Positions 1 through 26,987 of a stretch of DNA of 64,000 bases are shown piece by piece. The notes beneath the pieces were generated by a model. It ran no database searches, was not told the origin of the DNA, and was given only the letters and a program-made list of their open reading frames with translations. Numbering within the stretch: position 1 is the stretch's first letter; the number at the start of each line of letters is the position of its first letter. The stretch comes from Pavona decussata. Taxonomy: Eukaryota. The position numbers and the translations under genes were made by a program. The stretch covers positions 2,480,001 to 2,544,000 of the forward strand of contig CDRNST010000122.1 in NCBI GenBank assembly GCA_977016875.1, read 5' to 3'.

Positions 1-109
1 GTATCTTAGTGTTTATATGTCGATGACTACATGACTCATGTACTGACTGAGTCAGTATGACTTAGAGTTATTACTCAATGTCTCCTTTCCACATACAATC
101 TTGACTTAC

Positions 110-225
110 TGAAAACCTAGTTTTCGTATCCTTTTGTCGAATTATTCCTAAAGTCTTTCCGCTGTTTCAGTTTCCCCTCGATAACTAGGACAAAGTATCG
201 AAGTTTTTCGAAGCCGCCATTTTGT
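110..225 (-). promoter_or_regulatory. Probable 5' (non-coding or uORF-containing) first exon of a minus-strand gene that continues off the left edge
   Basis: The minus strand reads CAAAATGGCGGC (YY1-like initiator-region motif, ATG at 220) with a stop after 11 codons (TAG 187-185), then a consensus donor TCA|GTAAGT at 110/109. Confidence 0.35.
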
Positions 226-1239
226 TGTTCCCCTGCATTACGTACGCGGTCAGTGGTGAATTAAACGGTGTGTTTGTTCCCTTGTCGCTTCTTCACCGAG
301 ATTCTTTAGATATGAAAACAACTTCAAAGACATCAAACGCAGAACTGAGCAAAATTTTGTCAGAGTGTTGTTTGTCGGCGTTCCTTTCTCTTTCCTCTTG
401 AGCCTTTTATGTCAAAGGGATATTTAAAAAATCTTTCAGAAAAGGAAATCGTTCTACTTGTTGCCTTTTCACCCACAATATGTTTAATCGTTGTACGTCG
501 CCCGGCATGTTCCGATCTTTTTTTGTTATCCTAATGGCCGGTCATGGCCTAAAGCGAAAGCCTGGTTCAGTCAAATTTTACAAGAAGGATGCTGCTTGAG
601 TTCCAAAAGTTCCCGCCCTGGTTGTGAGCAGGGCAAGAGTGGATTTCTACTCAAATCACTTACTACCATATATAGTTTGGAAATGCTCTGTTTGTTACAT
701 TTTCTTCGACGTTGGCACTGATGCGAAAGAAGTGTTAATCAATTATTTTAGAAGGAAGATAGCATTCCAATGCTTCAACATACTTCAAAAACATAAGAAT
801 GCGCTGTCATCGAGAATGTCTGATGAAAGTCCAATGAAAGTTTCTTGTCTTTACAAGTAATATTTATTCAAAACGTGTTCTGGAAAGGATTTCAAAAACC
901 GTTTAAATGTGCTGTCTCTGCCAGTGTAGATACATCTAGTTTCTCCAAGCTTTTTATTCAAAAATTTCATTCAGGCACAAGTATTATTTATGACAAGAGC
1001 TCATGACTATTTTTAGGAGAATTTATTCAGTTATTTTTGGAAGCCGTTTTACAGCGATTGATAGTTGTTGATCCGGATCATTATAGTTCATTATTTTATA
1101 TTGTGGTGCAGTTGATTCTAACTGTTTTTATTTGAAATAAAAACTATTGATGGATTCATCAGTCTTGTATATTATTATTGTAATCTGTCTGTACAATCTT
1201 CGTTCTAAATTTTCAGTCTGTGTTCCTGTGTCTTATTTG

Positions 1240-2345
1240 TATTGAGCTGTACAAGGCCAATAGTTCTATTAACTTTGGGTCAGTAAATAAAACTCTAAAA
1301 TGTGACATTCAAATCCAGTCACGAATAGCTATTTGTTGGCTTTGTGAGCTTTCCTCTTCTGCTTTTCAGACGTGTTTCCGCGTAAAAAGTGTTCTTACCT
1401 TTGAGTCGTTGGATGAAATTGTTGAGTACCAGCACTCAGTTTTGAGTATTGAGTAGCTCTTTGAAACTTTGGTCAGTCATGATGGTCATTTATCATGCTT
1501 ATACCACACCAAAGGTGTCTAACATTAACTTGAGTCAACGGAGACTGAAAACCATTTATAAGTTCATCAGCAATTTGAATGCTGGCGGGCTGTTAACTTT
1601 TAATGTTTTACGTAAATGACAATCAGTACAACTTGAAAACAATGTATCGTATACGTGTATGATGAGCAATGTATTCGGCTTTGGAGCAGCGATCACGAAG
1701 AATGTCGACTGAAGAGAATAAGGTTCTGCGTCAACTTCCAACTTTGTTCTTGCTCGTGAATGTTTTCATTCTTTTCCTTATTAATCTCTGGTAGAATCCT
1801 TGTAATTATTTTCTTTTCTTGAACCGTCTAGATTCAGTGCTATCGAGCTGTTCATCTATGTAGTTATGTTGCGGAAAGTGTTTCAGTTTTCAGAAGTCTG
1901 CGAGCTACCACCTAACGAAATTCTGAAGTTTGAGCCAGTAATGGCTTTTGGTATCCAAAAGGTGGTCAGCCTAACTTTTAGTCTGTAGAGGAAATCGTAA
2001 AGTGTGACCATTCAAATGAAATCTATTAAGAAGTGTGTTTTTGTTTTATGGCTTTTTATCGCCGGTATTCTATACTGACTAGTTGTTCTCGCTAAAAGAG
2101 ATCCTAAAAATGTTACCATTCAAATGCGGAAAGCATTTGAAAACATTTCTATGGTGCTGTGCAACTGAGGTGATGTGGATGAAGTCAGTTGAGTGCTCAG
2201 GATTTGAACTAGATTGACCGTCGTCTGAGCATTGATTTTTACTGATCCAGTCTTTTGACTGACCGTGTATGACTGAGCTGGCCAGTTAGTTCTAAACTTC
2301 CTTAGCCTGGTGAGTCAGTGAATCGATCACAAAGTGTGATCATTC
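1240..2345. repeat. Degenerate copies of a ~100-bp repeat unit (core AAGTGTGACCATTCAAATGAAA / GGTTCTAACTTTTGAGTCTGTGGATGAAAT)
   Basis: Related motifs recur at ~1245-1315, ~1385-1440, ~1960-2030, ~2085-2160 and ~2330. Confidence 0.5.
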
Positions 2346-5300
2346 CACTAGTGATGCTAAACTTTCGTTGTGTGTCGCACATTTGTGGTTTCGTTGGATC
2401 GTTAGTTCATCACTAAGACACATTTAATTTCAAAACAAGATGGAAGCCTTTCTTACAATTATTTCACTTCACTTATTTCAAAAAAATTTAACGCCACTCA
2501 AATGCAACTGTTTTAAGTTTGAAACTGTGCACCTTTCAATCTTCCCCTGCCGAAGCATTTCAGTCCCGTATTTTTCTCTGGCTCCCCCTGGCCGACAGAG
2601 CTGTTAGCTTGGCATTCCTCAAGTCCTATAGACCACGACATTTTTGAACAAACGCTATATCCTGCGTCGAGGTCCACCGGATTAAAACTATTGACAAGTC
2701 GAACAATTCAACTTGATGAACTTTGATTTTTCGTTCAATTCCAATTTTTCTTTTATGGAATTCTTCAGTTTTAAAATCAGTTCTTAAAGCCAAACGTATT
2801 ACGAAAATGAACTAGGGAACATTTCTCTCAAATCAGTCTCCGTTTGGTTCACTCTGAGTTGTTTGGGAAACAAATACGAAACAAATATCTTCGTATAATA
2901 ACAGGAAACGGAAAAATGTTGCTGCATGCTAAAAATCGTTTTGCTCCCACAAGACAGGACGTCGTAAGCTCTATGTATCCAAGAATTCTTGGTCCAAACG
3001 GGAAACATACGAGACACTGGGGGCCAATAAACATGGAGTTGTGTCATGACCTAACATGACCGACAGGGAACAATATTTAGCCTGCCCTTTCATGGCAATA
3101 ATTTATTTCATGTCAACAATGTTGTCGAGAAGACCAACGTGGATTCATTGATAGATGCGCAATTAATCTTTATAACACTTAACAACTTTTTAAACGTCAA
3201 AAATAGCGAGAGTTTTTAATGTGTATTATGTTTATGGTTCATGCCCTTTTTTTCGCCCTCGTTTTTGCCGATTGGAATATAATTGTTTTTGGTCTTTTAG
3301 CACATTATAAAAAGCCTGTGGATACAAACTTCCAAGAATAGGGAGGTGGGGATCTTAAAATTAATCAACCTCGTACAAGCTGCGATGCAAACCAACACTT
3401 TAGTCTCAAAGAATTGTTCCTAAATAATCTTTTGCTATATCATTTCAGCCGCGGCACAATTCAATTCGAACTTGCAATTTTTTATCATCCAGCACCCGCC
3501 GGCAAGTGTTTTCCAGATCAGCACTTTAGTATCTTTTCACCCTCTTTTTCAAAGCAAAATAAGCGAAGAGACATGAAGGAAATCTCTGGGTGATGACACG
3601 CCCAACACGAAAAGATGTTCAAGTTTTTTCTTTCTCTCTCTTTTTTTTTTTTTGCATCTATAAAACACGACAAGTTGTCTTGTAGTGCAAGGCTTCGACC
3701 CATATCAAGATAAATTCCCTTTTAGGCCAGTATGCTCATGGCTATGGGGAAGTTTACACTCGGTACGTACCGCATGGCTTTTGTGCCGGCACTTGAAAAC
3801 CGTAACGGAAAGCCATTAGGTCTTTTGTTCACGTACTGAAAGCTGATTTCCGCACAATTTTTACGCTGATGATGCGCTGCTCTCACCTTTAAAAGCGGAA
3901 GATTTTGAACCGCAAAGGTTCGCACCGCTTCAACAAATAGTCAAGAAGAAGACAAAATTGCGAAAACATCGCTAAACTTCGAAAATTTGCTTCTTTCGAT
4001 TCACCTGAGTTGATTAGGTGGTTATAAAACTGGTCCGTCATCGTAAAGAGATTCAAATAGAGGATTAATTTGCGAGAACAAACAATATTCCTTACCGAAG
4101 TAAAATTTTGGTTTCCAAAAGTCAAAAACGTTTCTGATTTTGTTAGAAAAACCGTCTCAACGGCAAATGTTGTGTGCCACGAGATCGCGGCCGCGGAAAC
4201 AATTCCACAGAAAAGTTTCCTTGCTAGTACATCCTCGATTTGCACGGATAGCAGCACAAAGTTAGGGTGTACGTTGCCTCGATATTCATTCACCTTTCAG
4301 TTGACCTTTGTGAACTTTTTAACCTTGCTTCCAGCAGACTGCGAACAGTCTCTTTCATCTCCTAATTTTTCTGTAGCCAGTTTTCCAGCGCGAGAAAAGA
4401 CAAAGCACACAACGGAGCAAACAATGATCTCTCCTTGTTTTTACAACTTTGAACACAAATTATACATTTTCTCTCGCGTGAAACTAAGATCTGAGAAAAC
4501 TGGGGTGGCGACTCAGAAATGGTGCATTGAGGCTGTTTTTTTTTTTCTGCTAGCTCGGGAGGGCCTTGCGAGAATCCAGGACGTCTTCGCGAAAGAATGG
4601 AGTCTGCACGAGACCTGTGAAATTTGAAAAAACTTTTAGGATACACGTTTGTTTTGAAAAATCGTTCACCCTCTTGAAAATGTACGACTGCTCACTGTGC
4701 ATACCTCCAGGAACAGGACGGAAAAGGCGGCCAGGTGATTAACAACCGGAAAATCCTGAAACACTGTTTAGCTGGCTAGTGTTTCCTGTTGATTCATTTT
4801 CCCCCAAAGGCAAGGAAGGAAACTTCTGTCGGCATAAGGAAACACTGTTCTTAACATATTGTTCTAGCGTGGAGAGAGCTACAGTGACTTGAATTGTCAC
4901 TTGGTTTTTGTGTAGTTTTATATTTTTCCGCCTTTAATTTGCTCCATATTATGCTATTTCAAAAAGTGAAATGTTGAAAAGCCAACCAGTTGCATAAATA
5001 CTGAAATTCATTCTACAAATTTGGAGTTATCGTTTGTCAGCTGCTCAGAAAATATTTAGCCCTCGAGGAGAATTCACCAAAGCTGATTATGACTTCTGTC
5101 AGCGAACTGCTTCGTGATTTGTTCTGTCTGGAGCATTCAAGTGGCTCTTACATGTAAACTATTTTAAAAGTTTCCTGTTTCTTCAAAGGCTCAACTTGCG
5201 GTTCAACCTACTCGGATGTTAAACAATTTGTACATTTAATATGGCAGTAAAAAGATCTCGTATCCACCGGTCTTATAGAGCTGCAAGCACACATTCGTTG

Positions 5301-5954
5301 ACAAACTGAAATCAGTCAGAGCATATGATTCGACTTCGATCTCGCTCTTTGTTTCTATTATATCGAATTCCCCCCAAGAAACCTGAACCGGATATCTTCC
5401 ACAAGTCGTTGTATCTATTGATGCAGATAATCTAAATATACATTTTTGTTCACGGATGTTATAAAGTTTGAATTTATTAAGTACCAATCATGAAACCCTT
5501 ATAGCAATTAATAAAGTGATGAGAGTTACACTCCCACGTTCAGATGGTGCGTGGCTAAACAGCTCAATCAATTGCGGTGATTTTTCCGGTACAAACGACC
5601 TGGCCTACAATACGTTTTCAGTGAGGTAAGGTGACACCAGAGATTACTTAATGACTAAGCAGGCAGCAGAGTTTAAACAAAGTATTGAACGAGTTATTGT
5701 TAATATCTGGATTTCGTCAACTGCTACTGGTAGGTTATGTCCTAGGCTTGTACCCAACTTTGTTGAATTTTAGTTTTTACTCAGAAAGGAAGGAGTTTCA
5801 TTTAGTTGGACTAACTAAGATTTTGATGCATCCTTTTCATGCTCGGTGTAAATTACCGATTATTAAATTACGAATTAATTTGATTATGAGTCTGTTGGCT
5901 TAGTTTGAGTTTAGTTTGTGTTTAGTTCAGTCCAGTTTAGTAAGTTTGGTATAG

Positions 5955-6087
5955 NNNNNNNNNNNNNNNNNNNNNNNNNNNNNNNNNNNNNNNNNNNNNN
6001 NNNNNNNNNNNNNNNNNNNNNNNNNNNNNNNNNNNNNNNNNNNNNNNNNNNNNNNNNNNNNNNNNNNNNNNNNNNNNNNNNNNNNNN
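5955..6087. other. Assembly gap (133 N) next to TTAGT-like low-complexity sequence
   Basis: Run of N. Confidence 0.99.
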
Positions 6088-9000
6088 TTTTGTTCTTAAG
6101 TTTGCGTATTTTAGTTTCTGTTTGTTACCAGTCTTCCATAGTTTAGATGGATACCGGTAGATAAATGGATGGTTAGGAACTTTATTTCTGTACACTTATG
6201 GCTGTTTTATAAATAATCTCTAGTTACGAAAGTAATATTTATTTGTTTCACCTAAAAACCGTGCACTGTACAAGCTATACTGTTAAATGTTACTGAATCA
6301 GGCTATAACGTACAAATAAGTGATATATTGTTAAAGAAAAATAAAGATGGTAAGTTTAATTCATGAGAGGGTCTTAATTATAACATTGTTAGATGAATAT
6401 TTGCCATGTAGCTGTATGTAAATCTTACCTTTACGTCTTTTATCTAGTATGTTCTGTATGTTTCTGGATATAGTGTGAAGATGGCGTGCTAAAAGGCCAC
6501 AGGGGTTTTCTTTGTTCCATTGACGTAGTCTTTTTTAAATAACTGTAATTACTTTCGAGGTTTGATGATGAAATACGTCAGGATAAAATTGTCGTGCCAA
6601 CTATACACATTTTTTTTGGCTCCCATACTGAATTGTCTGAATTGAGTACAGGTAAAAATCAGTGGCATCCTTCTAAAGATTACAGTAAGCCATTTATGAA
6701 CTAGAACTTTTTTTTAACGCTTATCGAAAAGTTATTCAAATGCAGTACAATTCATGTACAGGAAGAAGCACATTCAACTAACGACTATAAGGCTGCAGAT
6801 TGTATGAGGGTCTCTTAATAAAAGCCGAAGTTCCCTGCCCTTCGGATTGTTATTATACTGTAAACTGCTAGCTTTAGTCTCATCAGTTGCAGTAATATTG
6901 AACATGATACTCTACTTTCCGAAGTTGCAGAGCTGAAAGAATGCTGAAACGCTTGTATTGCACTACAATACATCTACAATACAAAATGTTTTGTTGACGT
7001 CACACATAACCTGAAAAGTACGTAAAACTACAGGTGGACTCGCCCTTCATCGAAATAAATTACTAATATAGTAATTGGATTCAGAGTATTTTAAGTGCCC
7101 TTTATTTACTGTTTTATAAGGTTTATGTTCTGAGACCCCTACAATGTTCTGAATCTTTACCGCGCGCTATACAATCAGCGTGAAATTAAGTATTAAACTT
7201 ATCCTTCAACTATAAACGCAACAATACCATCAGGTACCATATTTCTCATCTCGGAGTCAGCTTGACCTTATGTCTATCAAGTATACTGTCTCATGATTCA
7301 TTCAACCGGAGACAGTTTTTGTGTTTTTTGCAGCCTTTTGAGCGCAGCTGTTTTACCTGCTCATTTGGTTAAAAAACATCGGAAAACCATCCTTACGCCT
7401 GCAGCTCTCCTCCTGCATGATTGACAGGGACATGTGACAGGTTGCGTAAATCGGCGACATGTACCCTCTCGAATGACGAACGAAGCTGAAACATTTGCAT
7501 TTTAGCGACAGGGATCCAGGGAGATATCGGAAGACGACAAAATATGTCAGATCATGTTGGACGAATATAACTTTATTTATTTCTCAAGCAAGCGATGTGT
7601 ACCATCCTTACAGGAAACTCAGGAAACTGAAGCAATTTTGAAAGCAGTTCCATTTTGGGTATTATGATTCTAGACTTCTGCGAAAGAAAGTGAAATTTTA
7701 ATGTTTTTCTATTGCTTTCAGTGACTGTCTTGGCTTCCTTTGAAATGCCAAGTTGGGTTTTCCCCGAATTAGTTTTTCCTGCGTTTTGAGGAAGGAAATA
7801 AGAGAAGTCCACAAGCAAGGTAGCTCCTCTTGTTAAAGTTTATTTCATTCGCGGAACGGAAAGGAAGGTGTTCGCCGTTTTATACTGAAAAACACAGCGT
7901 AAAAGTAGCCGGCAGCACGCTTATTGTAATTATGCGATAAAATATATCCGATAGGAAGACTGACAGTTCTGATAGTATATAAATAAACTATTTTTCTGAA
8001 AGGAAACGCAAAACTGTTATTCAGTTCGAAAGCTGCAACTAAGCGGGGAACCGGTTAGTCCCTTCGCTTCCGGTTTCCAAGCCAACCGGCCGGAAATCAT
8101 TTACTTCAGAATCTTGTTCGCGTTTTTGCATCCTTTCTTTAAATTTTTTCGTATGTGTTGTGGCAATTCAAATTGAAAACGAGAAATGTGCGGAAAACGA
8201 ACCCATTAGCGTTGTTTCTCACTCGATTCTAGGGCAAAAAGTATTTTTGCTCCACGTAATTGAAAGGGGAAAGAAAACAGGAAGCAAAGAACATGACGTC
8301 AGCGACAACTATAGTAACCAAGGGGCCCTGGTAAGAAGAATTTTTCCCTTGATATCACATTATGCTAATTTATGGTCCTCTTGAACTGAATGATACTTAC
8401 ATTATATTGTGATAGAAAGTCGCCAAATTTTGATGTGAATAGTAAATCGTTAGTGTTAACAGACGCTTTTTATACCGATATTTCGGTCGTTACTCGGAAA
8501 AATTATCTTTACTCGCCATGTTGTCTCCAGCAGAGTGGTCTGGTATTAGTTTACATACTTATTTCGTTTGTAATTTGCTCAAATGCCTGATACTTATTCC
8601 ACCGTTTGTTTATGACACAAAGAAAACTAGCGAAATTTATTTTGTTTTCATGTCTGTAAACTTTCCTAGAAAATTGGGCGATTCTTAGCGCATTAATTTT
8701 TGACGAGTCATGTTGTTTTATCGAGTACCAAATTCTCTCAATGATGCAATGACATCACTCTGACATCACGACTCCCTCCCAAAATGCAAATTCCCGAAGC
8801 ATTTTCCTCACTCGAAGTTGAGCCACAAATAGCACAAGTATATATACATTGTCAGGGCAGCTGTTGTGAAAAGGCCTATTTACTGGTGGGTAAAAATAGA
8901 TTTCTGAATTTTTATTTCCGTCTAACACCGAAGTATAAACAGCGTAGAACTTAGTGGTGCGATTTGGAAAAGCTGTTCTAAATCAATTGCAGGATCTCAT

Positions 9001-10486
9001 TGCTCGTTTTACCCGTCCATTTCTTGTTTTGACTCCAACTTGCAGTGGAAAATTGTGTCTTTCGCTTGCAGTTTTCCGCAATCCACGGCAGAACCTTCGC
9101 TGCCGCTAGCTTCACTGTTATTTCTTCGCAGCTTCCGACTGTCTGATGCTACAACCATTTTAATGATTTAAGCTTAGGTAAAACTCATTCAATCTTGTGG
9201 TTACTCGAAAAGCATGATAGAACAAGTTGTACGCAAGCTACGTGTACTTCGCTGTCATATCACAACCACCTAAATTTACTTTGTAAAGGATGCAAAGCCT
9301 ATGTAAGCTTACTTCCATCGCACTGTTGCGATCGATCGATTAGTCATACGCTTTGCCTCGCTATCTCCGAGCTTATGATGCTTTCCAACGAAAATGACAA
9401 CGCTGTAGCTATCTCAGTGTTGATAAAATTCGAAACGAAGATAGAATGTCTGTGATGTCCATACAGCTGTTCAAGATACGCTCATCACAAAATCGCTGTC
9501 GAAGTTTCCGTAAGTTGAATTTGATCAAACCATTCGCCTGGCAGTCGATTCAAATCCTGTTGGAAATTTATCACAATCGTGAAGGGAACAGCTGGTAATT
9601 CGTACCTTTCGAAACGGAGGAAACAAGTCCTCGTTGTTGACGCGATGGCAGCAAAGTTGTTTTCACGCGTATTTTACAGGAAAATTCCGCGCCGAATGCC
9701 GATCTTTTCGCGCGAAAAACTCATTTATTCTAACTATTCGTCGATCACCATAAGGCTCAAATTTTACGATGTTTCAGGTATTTGCTAAATCCATGTTCCT
9801 TGCCACGAACTTAGCTTGTTCGTAGTCCACAATATAAATTCACCTGGTCAAAATGGCGTTGGCGTTTGCCCCCACAGGTGTAGTCCAGTTTCAGCAAGCA
9901 AGGAAAACATCGATCCAAGGTGGCAGAAAAAAACTTCCGGCCTAAGTTTTCAGGTTGTTTGTTACGAAGATGTTGTCCTTCTTTGCCATCTTCGCGACTT
10001 CGAGGAGCAAATCCTAACCTCTCGTGTTCATAGCCTGAACGTTCGCGAGGAATGCTTCCTTAGTGAGATCATTCCTGCTAAGATCTCCGGCGAAAATCAC
10101 TGATCGTAAATCTTATGACATCATTTCACGCAATGAAAGATCGCTTCGATTGCAAACGAAGAAGTGCTCTTTGCCTCTAGGGTCACTTTGAAGTGAAATT
10201 TATCGAAGAGAAAGAGGAATTTGCTCGCGTTGCTTTCGAACAGACAGGTTGTAAGAGTTGTGACCTTGCATAGACAGTGTTGATAACGTCCATCGCTTGA
10301 TATGGCGAGACTTCGTGCTGGTACTTGTAAATCATTTAATGAACTCACTTTGTTGTTTTTGATCTGTTCATTTTACAGATCTATCGTTCTCAGAGCCACG
10401 ATCAGACGAAGTTGTTTTAAAAACTGGCTGAAAGCCCCCCATCAGAACTTGATTTGAGCGTCGACAGCCCAAAGCCACCACGTAAA

Positions 10487-23453
<12,967 letters not shown>

Positions 23454-25558
23454 ACTACATGTAGAGTTCTAAGATTTTATAGTGCTAGTAGATTTTAGGT
23501 TTGTCCATTTGTGGAAGAGTTGTACCTTAAGGCTATTATTTTTAGCAATAAGAAGTTTTAGTTTAGTAAATATAAATACTCACTAAATTTATAATTTGTT
23601 CAAAGAGTAGTGGGCAAAAAACCATTGACTCAGATTAGTATTCTCTTAAGCTTTGAGGGAATAAAAGTCTTTAATTTAAAAAGTTTTGTTAAAAATGGTA
23701 CTCTTAAAGGTACAGTAATATGAATTATGTGATGCTGGCATCATGTCTTGTGTCAAGGCTGTCATAAAAGTTGCATTGTTTTACAAATGTCCTGCATTAT
23801 ATTGTTTGTTTGGTCAAGGTTTGCGATAAGATATCCGTTAAAAAAATCACCTTGTCAGTTTGCCTCTCCTGGGCCTAGTTTTGCAAAGTCAAATGAAGCT
23901 CAGCCTAGAATAACCACAGATTTAAGAAGAGTTTTATAGCTGCTATGGTTGTCGTACATATGGGTTACTCCAATATCAGTGTGGATTTTTTCCTCTGGCT
24001 GTCTCTCTTCTTCATCTCAGGCAACTCTCAAACTCTAGGCTTTACAGCTGGAAGTCCTCAGTGAATATGCTGTATAAAATTTTATCCCGGCCCTGAAAAG
24101 TTGGTGACGTAGACACTGGGTGAACTTTTTCTTTATGTCAATCAGTGATAAGTAAATCATCAAAAAGAATTAAACCACATCAGAAAAATTCTAGTATTTA
24201 AAACCAAGCCGTTGGCAAAACTAGTGATATATTTTTAAGCTTCCAGATACGAAGCAAATTGCTGTTTATTGCAAAAACACTTAAAGCTTGGTCAATAAGC
24301 ACACCTTGATCAGCCATGTGTTCTTTCGTTAATTTTTAGTTCTTTTTTTACGCCTGCCAAAAAAAGGCTTGGCAAGACATTTTTGCAGTTTTTATGAGCA
24401 ATTTTTTATTACAGCCTTGGAATACATAGTTGCAGTGGTTTGTTATTTGCATTTTTCATCATTTCTTGTAAATAGTAATTGGTAAAGACATATATTCAAT
24501 ATAGAATTAAATACCCCCCCCCCCCACCCCCGTGAGAAAATAACATTGCTTATTAAAGCAAAAGAAAGTTAATGAAACATTTGCTATGAATATAACATAA
24601 CATCACTTGGAAGAACATTATTATACTGAAGTGATTTTATTTTAGCTAGTTTTGCTCGTTTAGAAAAACAAAAACATGACCAGAGTTAACAGAGTTCAAT
24701 GTAAGCCAATGGCATTGTGTGTTGTAATCGTGTGTTAAACGTTATTTACCTCATACAGGGTTAGTAACGAGTGATGATGGTATTCATGTAGCAAAGAGCA
24801 TATTATACCATTTTAATACTTACCACATGTCATTATATTATTGTATGTAAATTTATGTAACATGTCATTAGGACTTTTAGAGTGTAGTTATCAGCATATT
24901 GTTTGAATTTAAATACACGTACCTATTGCATGTTACGTTGAAAGTCAGGGGTATTTTCCTTGGTATTTAACTAGTGGCAAGTCTCTCCTGGCGTCCTCAT
25001 GGGAATATTTTAAGTTAACTTTGAAATAAGACCGACATGTAGTTGACTCTAGGTGAGTGAACACTGTAATCACGTTTTGTGGCACATTCGTTTATTGTTT
25101 ATGCACCTTCACTTGTTTTGGGGTTTGCTTTTGTTTAGCTGTTTACTTTTTTCCTCAATGTCTTTGACGATTCAAGGAGTAGACATTGAGATTTTATATC
25201 ACATGCGACTTTTTTTTTTGTATATATTTCAATTAAACAAGGTTTTGAATTCGTGAAGGTAATTTTCCTGTTCAGTCTACCTCAAAGATACATTATCAAT
25301 ACATTTTCACTAATTTACAGTTAAACGTTGACCGCGTTTGTAATTTTTTATTTAAACGCGGTCAGAATAGATATACTGTAGAGATCTCGCATTAAATCAT
25401 TTCCTTTTGTATTTCAAACCTTTCTTTTCCTATGATATTAAATTGGCGCATTTATATGGGCGGGACCCGACGTGGTGAGCGCCTTCGTTAAAAAAAGAAA
25501 CCTTTTTGCTAAAGTTAGAAGGTAGCATAGGAGTTTGATACAGCTTGTAGTGCAGAGT

Positions 25559-25708
25559 TTGCCTAGTTCCTAGGCCTCTCTCTGTCTTTCATCTCGATCA
25601 ACCTGTTTCGGGTCACGTGGTCCGAGCGAAAAAGCGTTCGCCTCGGTTACGTCACCGAAACGAATTGATCGTGAGGGCCTGGGAGAATACTGTACAGGGG
25701 CAAGGCAA
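25559..25708. mobile_element. Short TIR element (MITE-like)
   Basis: Ends TTGCCTAGTTCC...GGGGCAAGGCAA, with internal inverted segments (GATCAA..GTTTCGG / CCGAAAC..TTGATC). Confidence 0.45.
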
Positions 25709-26162
25709 GTGTGGAGTATTGTTTCGATGCAACGATTTTCATTAGACTAAGATTTTGTCGCACAGCTTTGCAGCTAATCAAAATGTGTTTTTTTGTCGGC
25801 TGTGCTTTCTTAACATTTGAAGACTTGTGCCGCTTTTACAGCGTGGACGCGGGTCATTGTTAGCGCTTTTTGCAGGGGAGCTTGCAGGTTTAGCATCAAG
25901 TTTAACATTCATTTTATGAGATTTTGTAATCAATAATATCTAAATTCTTTTTTGTAAAGTTTATAATTTTAGTTCTGCATACGTTCCTAAAAATTAAACA
26001 CTAGAACTACCAAAGCAGTGTGGTCTGTTTGATTGCATATCCATAGAATACAAGGTTTTCCGACCTGTCTGTTGGGAAAACGTGAAATAAAAGAAAACAA
26101 AATTCTCTACCAATCACATGAGGGGGATATTTTACCCTTTGGCGGTCTTTTCGTCCCCCTTC

Positions 26163-26400
26163 TAGCCTGTGATCAGGCTCCAAAGTGGGGTATAGGGCAA
26201 AGAGCTCGGTCTGGGAACGAGAACGGAAAGGGGCCAATGAGATCATTTTACCAGAATCTGTTATCATGGAACGGCGGCAACAAAAGACTGTCCACAGGCT
26301 CCCTCCTGTTCTTTCTCTCCCCTAGACCGAACTCGGCTGGCTTTGCTCGCTGATTTTTGTCTTCGCCCAATACCCCACTTGGGAGCCTGTTTGCACGCTA
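26163..26400. mobile_element. Short TIR element (MITE-like)
   Basis: TAGCCTGTGATCAGGCTCCAAAGTGGGG...CCCCACTTGGGAGCCTGTTTGCACGCTA form long imperfect inverted termini. Confidence 0.6.
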
Positions 26401-26987
26401 TCCCCCTTCCTACTTCTGACGACGAAACCAGGACTTAAATATCACGCAAGTGTGAGTTCATATGTTCGCTTTACGTTTGTGGAGAAATAGCCCAATAAGA
26501 AGCACATGCAAGCGTGCGCGAGATAATCCTCAGTCTCATAGAAATGTGACGCGCGGGCGGAGAGAGGACGTCGTGTTCTCCGGCGTTTGGCGACGCGCGC
26601 CCGCTGGTGTGTTTGTCTTATTCGGCTGTCGCTTAGTGAAAAGATTGACTCATGATGGTTTAATAGTGGAACCTTATTTTGGTAGTCCATTCTCGTCAGT
26701 TGGAAGTCGTGTCAAGAAAATTAATGTGCGTCGTTTTATCGACTGAAAAACGCGATGAAATATGGTGTCAGTAAAAGAAGAAGCGTTTAAAAATTAAATA
26801 CTTAATCATTGGAACGCAGTAATAAGTAAACAGTTAGGACTGAGACTTACCAAGCGGGCTGGCGGACACCACCAAACTCCAAATACACCGTGTTTATAAT
26901 TTAACAGGAATTTAATACTCAAGAAAGAATGGACGTAGAAAAATTCGGAGATTAAGGTTTAGAATAAGATAGTTCTATAACGTCATG

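Noticed and set aside
1007-1016. Perfect MEF2 site CTATTTTTAG (also TTATTTTTAG near 23536 and 62146) as autoregulation
   Set aside because: YTA(W)4TAR is expected many times by chance in 64 kb of AT-rich DNA, and no clustering was seen.
3889-4646. Overlapping 134-185 aa ORFs upstream of MEF2
   Set aside because: No recognisable domain, non-ATG start for the longest, and ORFs on both strands; consistent with chance in a GC-richer regulatory island.
10421-10486. In-frame N-terminal extension of MEF2 (KLAESPPSELDLSVDSPKPPRK-M)
   Set aside because: The in-frame TAA at 10418-10420 lies inside the same exon (acceptor 10378), and no good acceptor exists after it.
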